A DNA stretch of 29,934 nucleotides, taken from NCBI GenBank assembly GCA_002269645.1, contig NIVC01000425.1, forward strand, positions 1 through 29,934. The letters are read 5' to 3'. Position 1 is the stretch's first letter, and each line of letters opens with the position of its first letter. Both the position numbers and the translations under genes were made by a program. Below are positions 19,316-29,934 of this stretch, in pieces. A model generated the notes under the pieces. It saw only the letters and a program-made list of their open reading frames with translations. It was not told the origin of the DNA and made no database searches. The DNA is from Macrostomum lignano (Eukaryota).

Positions 19316-19986
19316 GTTCTGACGTTGAGTTGATTTGTTAAAACGAGTTCAATTATGCTCTTATTTGAATAGTTTTCAACGAAACTTTTATTTTCCTTAA
19401 TAAAGCTTTTGTTATACTGTGTGATAAAAAATTAAAAACACCGGAAAAAAGCAAAGTTAACAAACGAAAACAAAAATAATTTTTTACTAAAACAGCGGCT
19501 ATGGCTGGCGTGTCTATGCAACAATCAGAACAAAAATAATTTTCATGTATTTGGGAAAAGGTTAAGCAGCTACAAATTTGTTAAAATTAAACAAACGGGC
19601 TTATCTTATCACGGTGCAACAATAAATTTTCGATTGATTAAAATGGGGTAAATAGCTAGTGTTCTAGCAAACGGAAGCAGGTCTCTGTATGAAAACGGTA
19701 CCTCAGGCCATGTCTGCGACTCTGAAACGACTCTGAGGCCGTAGTCAGTCGCATCTGAGGCGTGCCCGAGTCGCTGCAGAATCACTGAGTTGCGTCTAAA
19801 GCGCATTTGCGTCACTTTATGAATTAGAATCGCATTTCGCATTTATAACAACTCTATTTAGTCTACTTGAGTCAGTAGAAAGTTAAGCGCTAACACAACG
19901 ACTCTTGGATGACTTTTTCACGACTCTTTTGATTCTATAACTCACGTGATGCGCTCCAGACTCAACAACCGCTTCTCCATCGCACC

Positions 19987-21213
19987 AGTCGCTAAAAAGT
20001 CACAAGAGTTGCTCCAGAGTCGCTAGAGTCACAAGAGTCGCTCCAGAGTCGCTAGAGTCACAAGAGTCGCTCCAGAGTCGCTAGAGTCACAAGAGTCGCT
20101 CCAGAGTCGCTAGAGTCACAAGAGTCGCTAGAGTCACAAGAGTCGCTAGAGTCACAAGAGTCGCTAGAGTCACAAGAGTCGCTAGAGTCGCTCCAGAGTC
20201 GCTAGAGTCACAAGAGTCACAAGAGTCGCTAGAGTCACAAGAGTCGCTAGAGTCACAAGAGTCGCTAGAGTCACAAGAGTCGCTAGAGTCACAAGAGTCG
20301 CTAGAGTCACAAGAGTCGCTAGAGTCACAAGAGTCGCTAGAGTCACAAGAGTCGCTAGAGTCACAAGAGTCGCTAGAGTCACAAGAGTCGCTAGAGTCAC
20401 AAGAGTCGCTAGAGTCACAAGAGTCGCTAGAGTCACAAGAGTCGCTAGAGTCACAAGAGTCGCTAGAGTCACAAGAGTCGCTAGAGTCACAAGAGTCGCT
20501 AGAGTCACAAGAGTCGCTAGAGTCACAAGAGTCGCTAGAGTCACAAGAGTCGCTAGAGTCACAAGAGTCGCTAGAGTCACAAGAGTCGCTAGAGTCACAA
20601 GAGTCGCTAGAGTCACAAGAGTCGCTAGAGTCACAAGAGTCGCTAGAGTCACAAGAGTCGCTAGAGTCACAAGAGTCGCTAGAGTCACAAGAGTCGCTAG
20701 AGTCACAAGAGTCGCTAGAGTCACAAGAGTCGCTAGAGTCACAAGAGTCGCTAGAGTCACAAGAGTCGCTAGAGTCACAAGAGTCGCTAGAGTCACAAGA
20801 GTCGCTAGAGTCACAAGAGTCGCTAGAGTCACAAGAGTCGCTAGAGTCACAAGAGTCGCTAGAGTCACAAGAGTCGCTAGAGTCACAAGAGTCGCTAGAG
20901 TCACAAGAGTCGCTAGAGTCACAAGAGTCGCTAGAGTCACAAGAGTCGCTCCAGAGTCGCTAGAGTCACAAGAGTCGCTCCAGAGTCGCTAGAGTCACAA
21001 GAGTCGCTAGAGTCACAAGAGTCGCTAGAGTCACAAGAGTCGCTAGAGTCACAAGAGTCGCTAGAGTCACAAGAGTCGCTAGAGTCACAAGAGTCGCTAG
21101 AGTCACAAGAGTCGCTAGAGTCACAAGAGTCGCTCCAGAGTCGCTAGAGTCACAAGAGTCGCTCCAGAGTCGCTAGAGTCACAAGAGTCGCTCCAGAGTC
21201 GCGAGAGTCACAA
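19987..21213. repeat. 18-bp satellite GAGTCGCTAGAGTCACAA with 29-bp variants at both ends
   Basis: Built from the subunits GAGTCGCTA, GAGTCACAA and GAGTCGCTCCA. Confidence 0.98.
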
Positions 21214-21579
21214 GTGAGCAGTTTGCAATGACTCTAGTGATTCTTGACACGGTAACGTTTTCAACGGGTGAACCCCTTGAAAAATTGTTTACATTGAGAA
21301 AGAGTTGGAAAAGCACTGAGCTGAAAGTCCTCAACAATGTTATTGACCATATATCAAAATATTTTATGATATGCTACTGATTAGTTACACTAGAAAAGTA
21401 GGATGACGGAAATGTTGCAATCGGAATAGATTATACATTATCAATTTAAAGAATTCTGCAGATTTTCTGCCTGTACAGTTGTTATATTACTGGGGACTGT
21501 GACAACTGACTGCCAAGAATTGAGTGCTGAATCTGATCTTCACCTAAACAGTCGGGTACCCGATTTTAACCCAGCATTG

Positions 21580-21944
21580 CTTAACCCTAACCCGAACCTT
21601 AACATGAACTCTATTCTAATTTCTATTTGCTAGACTCAAACCTAAGCTCTAATCCCCAACCTAATCATTAATCTCTAAACCATAATCCATAAACCTTAAT
21701 CCCTAAACACAACTATAATACCTAAGTAAACCCTAACTCCTAATCCATAAACCCTACACAATAATCCCCAGTCCATAAGCTATACCTAATCCCAAAGCTT
21801 AATCCCTAATCCTTAATCTCTAATCCCTAATCTCAAATCCCTAACCCGTAGTCCCTAATCCATAAACCCTAATCTCAAATCCCTAACCGTAATCCCTAAT
21901 CCCTAATCGTTAATCCTAACCCTACTATCCCAAATACCCTAAAT
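21580..21944 (+). repeat. Degenerate interstitial telomere-like tract (CCCTAA/CCCTAAT variants)
   Basis: Many CCCTAA, CCATAA and CTCTAA hexa/heptamers with strong C-strand bias. Confidence 0.75.
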
Positions 21945-22760
21945 CTTCGGCAGTCAACTGCCATGCTTCAGCATTAGCAGGATTAAAAAAGGTCCAATTG
22001 TTAACAATCCATTTCGCCATTTGGGAAAATCAACAGTGTGCTTGATGATTCTAGATTGTATTAGTTGTAGCATTAAAGTATCAACAAGGCTCCCTTGTTG
22101 CACTTTAGCTAGCCTCACAGACAGGAACTGAGTGCATTAAACAGTATTAATATGTGCACTAAAATTAATTTATAATGTACAAAAGCGAGACAATGGAGCA
22201 AAATAACACAATAATAAATAAATCACAGCAAGAATTTCTAGAATAATATATAGATCCATATGACATCTACATGAGTGCTTAAACTGACAGCTTAACAATC
22301 TGACAGTTTTGTGTCAAAAGCAGTTTATAGAAAAACCCAACAATAGACAATGAATAGTATATTAGAAGAAGATGGAGGAAGGCACAGAAACTACAGGCTG
22401 AGAAGAATATGGGCAGTTATTAATCTGTTAGGCTGAGTAATCACGATTAGTGCTGTCCTACTTATGTTAGCTAGCAATCCATTGTTCATTAAAAAGAAGG
22501 GGCAAGTGAAGATTAGGAGAATAAATTCATCAGGAATAAACAAAATCATAACCAACAGTGAGGAAAGATGCTTTCTTTTAAGTAAAAAAAACTGCTTTTT
22601 ATTTAAGGAAAGACGGCTCAGAGAGTTAAGCTGGACCGATGGTGACTGGGGCAAAATCACATTAATTCGGAATGCTAGACGAACCGCACTCAGTGAGGGT
22701 ATCGGAGACCACTGACATCGGCTTTGGAGTATTGGCAGTGACAGCAAACCCTTGCAGTCC

Positions 22761-23143
22761 TCAGGGATGGGACTGGCACACACATTGCCATTCTCAGGGA
22801 TGGGACTGGCACACACATTGCCATTCTCAGGGATGGGACTGGCACACACATTGCCATTCTCAGGGATGGGACTGGCACACACATTGCCATTCTCAGGGAT
22901 GGGACTGGCACACACATTGCCATTCTCAGGGATGGGACTGGCACACACATTGCCATTCTCAGGGATGGGACTGGCACACACATTGCCATTCTCAGGGATG
23001 GGACTGGCACACACATTGCCATTCTCAGGGATGGGACTGGCACACACATTGCCATTCTCAGGGATGGGACTGGCACACACATTGCCACTCTCAGGGATGG
23101 GACTGGCACACACATTGCCATTCTCAGGGATGGGACTGGCACA
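22761..23143. repeat. 33-bp minisatellite TCAGGGATGGGACTGGCACACACATTGCCATTC, 11 full copies plus 20 bp
   Basis: Direct reading. There is one variant base in one unit. Confidence 0.98.
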
Positions 23144-23317
23144 AGCCTCAAAATCCAAAATGCAAATATTCCAATACCCTCATTATCACAAGCGCCAATA
23201 TAGTTATTAATAAACAAGTTACGGAATCCGTATTACTGAAATTTTATCAATACATAATGCTCTCCAATAAAGTGCTCAGCAGACTGCATTTACCAACAGC
23301 GATTTTAACAAATTTGT

Positions 23318-24499
23318 TCAAATCTTTGGCAGCTTTGAGGCCGCCACGAGCGGGTTGGCTTCGCGCAGCAGTCGACGCCCCTCCGACTTGAAGTCAAAGG
23401 TGCAGGCGTGCGTCTCCGGATAGCGGTGCTTGGCGCAGTAATTGCCGCCGCACCGGCAGCCGTAGGACGTGGCCGGGCCGGTTCGCTTCTTGCAGGCGGT
23501 GCAACGCGTCGGCGAAAGCGTCGTTGTGCCTGTCGTCGTGCCTGTCGTCATCGAGTTTTCAGAGACGGCAACCGCTGTCGCAATGGGCTCCGCCGGCGGC
23601 ATTGGCGGCAGTCTGTGGCCGGATTTGGCCCGGCCGGCCAGCAAGCGGCCGGTTGTTGGCGGCGGCGCCGGAGGAGGAGGAGGAGGCGGTTGCGGCGGCT
23701 GCTGCTGCAGGGTTGGGGCGGGCGGCAGAGTGGCAGCGGGCGGAGGCGGAAGCAAAGGCGGCAGACGCCTGAAAGTTCGCTGTTGCGGAAGCGGCAGAGA
23801 CGGCGCAGGCGGGAGTGAAGGCTGAGGGGGAGGCGGCTTAGTGGATTCGCAAGCGGGCGCAGCGCCGTTCGAATTGGCAGCTGAAGATGCGGCGGCGGCG
23901 GCGGCAGCCCTGGCCTGCCTGCCCAGTCGAATTTTGTCCATCTGCTGCTGCAGTTTCTGCATTTTGTCGCGCAAAGCCCGGCCGCTATTGGGCGGATCGT
24001 CCGGCCGCTGCTGCTGCTGATGGCCGTCCCGGTTATCCCGGCGGGAGCGGCTGCCGCTGCCGATCCAGCCGGTGCGCGAGCCGGCGCTGTCGATGGCCGC
24101 CAGGGGGCTGCCGCCACCGCCGCCGCTGCTGCCACCAAGAAGCTTGTAGAATTCCAGCTGCTCTCCGTCGCGCAGCACCACCACGGTGACCTGACGGCCG
24201 CCGCCGCTGCCAGCACCCTCGATGCTTGGCGAATCGTCTGGCGGAATCAGAATTCGACGAGTGTTGATTGGGCCGCCTCGCATGCCGAGCACGAGTTTGA
24301 GCTTGCTGCCAGACGGGATCAGGTAGTCCTGCAGGCACAGATCGTCATTGAGCTCGTGATTGTTCCAGATCAGGTGCTGCTGGCTGATGGGGATGCCCTC
24401 CATTCGTTGCAGTTTGGCTTTGACGGCTAGCACTGTCTCGTAGGGTGAGACGCGCACCTCGAATACTGTGCCAGACAGGCACTCTATGTACAAGTCCAT
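23318..24499 (-). CDS. ZFAND4: AN1-type zinc finger protein with N-terminal ubiquitin-like domain (ZFAND4/ANUBL1-like), 393 aa, intronless CDS
   Basis: MDLYIECLSGTVFEVRVSPYETVLAVKAKLQRMEGIPISQQHLIW...LKLVLGMRGGPINTRR matches the ZFAND4 UBL. C-terminal CTACKKR...CRCGGNYCAKHRYPETHAC...NPLVAASKLPKI is an AN1 finger. The second Met (24499) aligns with the family start. Confidence 0.93.
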   Translation of the reverse strand: MDLYIECLSGTVFEVRVSPYETVLAVKAKLQRMEGIPISQQHLIWNNHELNDDLCLQDYLIPSGSKLKLVLGMRGGPINTRRILIPPDDSPSIEGAGSGGGRQVTVVVLRDGEQLEFYKLLGGSSGGGGGSPLAAIDSAGSRTGWIGSGSRSRRDNRDGHQQQQRPDDPPNSGRALRDKMQKLQQQMDKIRLGRQARAAAAAAASSAANSNGAAPACESTKPPPPQPSLPPAPSLPLPQQRTFRRLPPLLPPPPAATLPPAPTLQQQPPQPPPPPPPAPPPTTGRLLAGRAKSGHRLPPMPPAEPIATAVAVSENSMTTGTTTGTTTLSPTRCTACKKRTGPATSYGCRCGGNYCAKHRYPETHACTFDFKSEGRRLLREANPLVAASKLPKI

Positions 24500-25802
24500 A
24501 AGCTCTGCTGCTATTTGACAATAATTATTGAGCAAACAATTGCGCTACCCTTGCTGGACGGTTACTGCTGGTGGCTTGATGGCACAGACGGTCTTCTACT
24601 TGATGTCATTTTTATCTATATCGCATTGCCTTGCATTGCAATGGATGGAACATCAATGCATACAATGTAGCACTCATTATTAAGGATTAGAAATAACTCA
24701 TTGAATTAGTACAATTTAAATAGAAATATTTTGTTTTCAGCATATTTCATATATTCAACACAGCAATTGCATCTAAAAGTATGTCAACAGGTAAGAAAGT
24801 AAGAAATTGATTTCTAATTTTAGACCACTGCATTTTGATAATTGTAACTACTAACCTTTGGCAAAGTATACAAGCAGTGTAATTATTAGTGAATAGAGCC
24901 TATTCATAACTAGGTAAAATAGCTGAGCCTAGATTAATAAATATATATATGATATAATATAGAGGGTTAGTGGCTAATGCCTAGAGTTTAATTTTCTTAT
25001 GAAGTTGTACTAAGTAAAATGTAAAATTTTCAATCCTAATTATATGCTTAGAAATAATAAGTTTCAGGTAGAAAACCATCTAGACAATTGTTACCCTAGT
25101 CTAAAATGTCTAATAACAAAGGTAAAGGTAAATCTAGGTTTTGATTTTATAGATAAAGCTTTTAAATTTTGATGGCTACACCATAGTTCAGTAGTTCAAA
25201 TCATGCTCGGAGCATACTTAAACAAAAATCGAAGAGATACAAATGCACACCAAAAACATTTTTAATACATGTCTACACTCTCAAATCTAGGCCAGTGTTG
25301 CAACAATAAATGACCCTTTTTGACTAATAATTTGGTTGATTATTTTTCTTTCTTGCCTATACTATTATATTTATAACAGAAAATCAATATATACAAAATT
25401 TAGTTTTAATGTATTGTTAATAAGCTTAGAAGCAAGAAAGTTTGAAATTTATGCTAAAATATCAATATTTTTAGTTGTTTTTTGACTTAATACTAACTTT
25501 TCTATATGATTCTATGAAGTGCATATTAGGTATGCATACAAAATTTTCTTAAGAGTCATGCATAATTCTTAAAGGCAATACATACCCAAATTTTTGAGTG
25601 TCTATATGATCTAGAGTATAGAGGCTATAATTTTGCAATGCTATCCCTATGCTACAATAAGTGGCATATAGTGTTTTGCTATATTTATAATTTTCCAATA
25701 TCTATATCAATAGCTAATTAATAATAAGCCATGGCCCATGGCAAATTCTCAGTATTGTTAATATTACTAGTATGGATGGGCAAGATGGCTTAAAATATTA
25801 AA

Positions 25803-26192
25803 GGCAGTTGTTATTTGTCTGGTGACTAGATGAACAGCAATGTGGTTATTTGTCCAGTTACTAGATAATGGCCATGATTTCCTATTTATCTGGTTAAATT
25901 ATTAATGCTAAAATATCTATTCTATAGAAACTACAAAGGTGAATATTCCTAGACTTCAAAGACTTCTTACTCATATCTTGATTATTATATTGTTATACTA
26001 GTGAGTAGTGTGTCTTATACACCAAATTATGCCAAATTGCATATACTGGTTTTGCTTATATACAACAAAATATTAATTAGTATATAAGAAAGTCTTAAAA
26101 ATCTAGAATATTCATCACAAAACAAATAGCAATTTAACTGGACAAATGGCAAAAAGACTATTTGTCCGGTTACTGGACAAATAACAACTGCC
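25803..26192. mobile_element. Candidate MITE, 390 bp, 17-bp TIR GGCAGTTGTTATTTGTC
   Basis: Perfect inverted repeats at 25803-25819 and 26176-26192, with internal copies of TATTTGTCCRGTTACT. No TSD seen. Confidence 0.45.
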
Positions 26193-27778
26193 AATATTAA
26201 ATATTACGAATCAATATTTTAAACAAAGTCATATATCTAGATATGTGATTTATTTTAAGCTTATTAAAGTAAAAAATTCAGAAAAATAGCAAAAAATAGT
26301 TGCGATTTTTTGTTTGCAATTCTGGCTTATTAAGAAAGTAAACTAACTAACTAGTCATGGACCCAGGCCATGGTCATAAAAACAAAGTCAAAGACCTATT
26401 GAAATTTGTCAAAAGCAAAAAATAAAAAAATGAATTCAATGCGATCAGACAAATGGAAAAGAATAACTTGCTCTAAAAATTCAATTCTTCTGCTAGAAAA
26501 ATACTACGCAGTTCTGACACAGACAGAAATTGTAAATCCAAATATATTGGATAGTTGCTTATGAATAATATCCTGCTTCTGTGAATTATGTTTATGTCAA
26601 TAAATATATTTTCGTTGACAACTCAAAACAACTTCTGTTTTTAAATTATTTTTTAAATTCTACACTGCAATGTGTTTGTTTTAGGATAATGTATCGCAAT
26701 ATTTAAAAGAAATTAAATTTACTTTTGTTCTCTTAAAGTATTTCATTTTTGTTTTAATTTTTAGTTGTAAATTTAATTTTTGCGTGTCATCATGCCGGAA
26801 ATTTCAAGCAACAAATAGCCCGCGTGACAAACACATTACAATAAATGCACTGATGTAGCATCCGCCAAATCTTGAATTTTTTTCAATTGGAATCACAAAA
26901 TATATCTGAAATATTTTCGTTTTTTGGAAATTGTTATTTGTCTGCATGCTGCAATTCTGCATAATACTTCGTACACTTAATATCAGCTAGCGTTAGGCCT
27001 AGCCTACTGGTCATACTCGTAGCTTGTCGAGTAGTGTCGACTGTCCTAGGAACTAGGCCCCTAGCCTAGCCTAGCCTAACCTATATGATTAGGTTAGGGA
27101 AAGTTCTCGAAAGTTTGAGTTATTTTGCTTTGAACAATTTTTAATATTGTTATTGTTAGGCCCTAGGCCTATTAATTAGGCCTACTGCCTAGCTAGGCCC
27201 ATTATTATATAAGTAGGCCTATAGTATTCAATCTTATACATACACATACAGACAACTCATTTTTAGTATATAGGATGTAATCTCCAACAAAAAGCAATAA
27301 CCTACTGCCAAGTGCCAACTAGGGCTGCTAGGGATTGGACAATAGGACCTAGGGCTAGGCTCTATCTTACTTGACTTAGCAACAGAGGGCCTAGGCCTAT
27401 TTTAGTATTTATTCTACAAATACAATCCTTTTCAGTAACAGCCATTTTGGTAACAGCCACTTTTGTAACAAAAAATGACCACTTTGGTAACAGCCAATTT
27501 GGCAATAATGTAGATTTACAATTGTTAATACCATTTTTTATGATAGGGGCCTAATTAGGTTTAACAATAATTGGTTTAATAATAAACATCTTAGATATCT
27601 TATTGCCACATTGCCATAGTTTAACTTTCTAGTTGAACATGTAGGGATTCCCTGTGTGATATTCAAGATTGATAGGCCTATAAGGCCTATTCAGAAATAA
27701 CAAAAATCTCTACTTTTAAAACACTAAATGCCATGATTTTTTACAGAAAAAACAGCACCTATGAGATAAATGGCGCAT

Positions 27779-28330
27779 GACCAAGATGGCCATAGCTCTA
27801 TTAAATGTTTAAATAGATAATAATAAGACTAGTTACATATATTTAATTCCTTTCCTTTTTTAGTAATTAGGAAAATAGATGTTATAATGGAATTGTATTC
27901 TAATAATTCCCTTTGGACTTAGGCCTAGCTTTTATTGTAGCCTGACCTGTAGGGGCCTACCTATTTATCTACTATATAAAGCAAGTAACCTAGCAGAAAA
28001 TAAATATCCTATGATATTCATAAATTTATCCTAATTATTTGTATAGCTAGCATTACCATTAGCAATAGTTTCTTAATAAACAGATCATGATAGATTTGAT
28101 AGATATAATGATAGAGAATAAATTGCCATAAACACTAAAAAAGATTAAATGTGTTGTATTATAAGTAGGCCTAATTAGTTTCAAATCTATTACTGTATCA
28201 GTATTTATGAATATAATTGATTAAACAAAAATAATTTAATATATTATATTGCTAATTAAGGATAGTAAAAGAGAGTAGATATAATAAATATTCAATATTG
28301 TGGCCATCTTGGTGTATGGCCATCTTGGTC
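27779..28330. mobile_element. Candidate MITE relic bounded by 16-bp inverted repeats GACCAAGATGGCCATA
   Basis: 27779-27794 and 28315-28330, plus a tandem partial copy at 28301-28313. No TSD seen. Confidence 0.3.
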
Positions 28331-28909
28331 CTATACCAAATAAATGACTTGAAAAAATTACAGCTACAGATCAAAAGGATTTTTTACAATTTGCAAAAAA
28401 CTGGTAGTTTCTTACTATTAGATTGATATTTAATTTTGAGGACTTCTGCTTGCTTTCTGTTGCTGAAAATTGACATTTAGAACTTTACCTAGACACTAAG
28501 TGATTATCATAACTCAAACCAAACTCAAAGCTTCTTGCTCAAGAACTTTTTGAGAAAAACTGATGTTTCTATATGTATATATATATATATACATATCTTC
28601 ACAGTGCATTGGATTGTGATAATAATTTTGTTTATTTGTGTGAATATATAGTAAGACAAGCTGTTAAAACCCGCGGATTTTGAACCTAGAGAATTTCAAT
28701 CCCCGGAACTACTTTTGCATGTATTCTGAAATCTAAGGCCATACACAAACAAAAACTTGTTAATAGTTAGTAGGATAGAGGTAGACATAAAATGGACACA
28801 TTCGTGTAAAATTAGGATTTGAGGCAAACATTGATATTGTTGGCTGGGGTACTGCACAGAATGTCAGGCAATGTCTGTCTGACTCTAAAACATGTATTGG
28901 CAAACTCTG

Positions 28910-29636
28910 GCCTCTCCCTGACTCTCCCTACGTCCCTTGGATCCTTTAAAATTTCTATCGTCTCTTCTGTTTCCTCTCTTCTCTCTCATCCCTTGTCTCT
29001 CCTCTCTCTTCTCTCCTCTCTTCTCTCATATCTTCCCTCATCTCTCTTCTCTTTCATCTCTCTTATCTCTTGTCTCTTCTCTCTACTCTTTCCTCTCTCT
29101 CTCCTCTCTACTTTTCATTTTCTCTCTCCTCTCTCCTGTCTCCTCTTTCCTCTCTCTCTCCTCTCTACTTTTCGTTTTCTCTCTCTCTCCTCTCTCCTGT
29201 CTCCTCTCTACTTTTTGTACTTTTCGTACTTTTCATCTCTATCTTCCCTCATCTCTCTTCTCTTTCAAATCTCTTATCTCATCTCTTCCCTTTTCTTTTC
29301 TCTCTCCTCTCCTCTATCCTCTACTTTTTCGTTTTCTCTCTTCTCCTCTCTCTCCTCTCTCCCCCTATTCTCTCGTCTCTTCCTTCTCCTCTCTATTCTT
29401 TTCTCTCTTCTCTTAACTCTCTCCTCTCTACTCTTTCCTCTCTCTCTCCTCTCTCCCCTCTTCTCTCGTCTCTTCTCTCACCTCTTTCCTCTCATTTCTT
29501 TTCTTGTTTTATCTCTTCTCTCTCCCCTCGTTGCTCATCTCTTCCCTCACCTCTCTTCTCTCTTGTCTGCGTTTTTATCTCTCCTTTCTCTTCTTTTATC
29601 TTTTCTCTCTTATCTTTTCTCGTTTCTCTCTGCTCT

Positions 29637-29724
<88 letters not shown>

Positions 29725-29732
29725 GTCTCTCT

Positions 29733-29772
<40 letters not shown>

Positions 29773-29934
29773 CTCTCTCTCTCATCTCTCCTCTCTTATC
29801 TCTCTTCTCCTCTCCTCTTTCTCCCCTTTTCATTCTCCTATTTCCTCTTCTCTCTCCCTGTCTCTCCTCTGTTCTCTCTACTCTCCCATCTCTTGTCTGT
29901 TCACCCTCATCTCTGCTCTCTCATCTGTCATCTT
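28910..29934. repeat. CT-rich low-complexity tract including a pure (CT)n run at about 29638-29722
   Basis: Direct reading. Confidence 0.97.

Noticed and set aside
20182-20940. 252-aa ORF (TLATLV)n
   Set aside because: By-product of an 18-bp satellite lacking stops in that frame. It has no unique coding sequence.
22391-23391. Four overlapping repeat ORFs (ASPIPENGNVC, SQGWDWHTHCH and others)
   Set aside because: Open in several frames only because the unit is 33 bp. The flanking translations are not protein-like and there are no convincing splice sites.
24500-24535. Upstream TTG-initiated extension of ZFAND4
   Set aside because: Non-ATG start in AT-rich sequence. Family homology begins at Met 24499.
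28937-29833. Leu/Ser-rich and (ER)n ORFs
   Set aside because: Translations of the CT/AG low-complexity tract.

Overview
This is animal genomic DNA with GC-rich coding islands in AT-rich, repeat-rich flanks; the species cannot be determined from the sequence. (1) Positions 1 to about 10290 hold a decayed BEL/Pao LTR retrotransposon on the - strand (PBS, gag, PR, RT, RH; integrase and 3' LTR are off the left edge). Its 5' LTR is split by a full-length 5.9-kb Loa/I-group LINE on the + strand (3750-9647) with a perfect 12-bp TSD. The first nucleotide of that LINE is the predicted cleavage site of a complete HDV-like self-cleaving ribozyme fold, which is the strongest finding. (2) A two-exon secreted fibrinogen-related (FReD) gene (- strand) has a TGA in place of the second Trp of the GWWF motif. 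(3) After a (TTAG)n tract come two intronless Arf-family GTPase paralogs with Arg in place of the catalytic Gln71, a probable gene-conversion tract and a shared near-palindromic upstream motif. A third, degenerate Arf relic follows. (4) A 95-aa orphan hydrophobic ORF is built on a 7-residue Gly repeat. (5) There are several minisatellites, a degenerate telomere-like tract and an intronless ZFAND4-like gene (ubiquitin-like + AN1 zinc finger, - strand). The window ends in AT-rich DNA with MITE-like inverted repeats and a CT-rich tract. All structures and alignments were done by eye; no searches were run.
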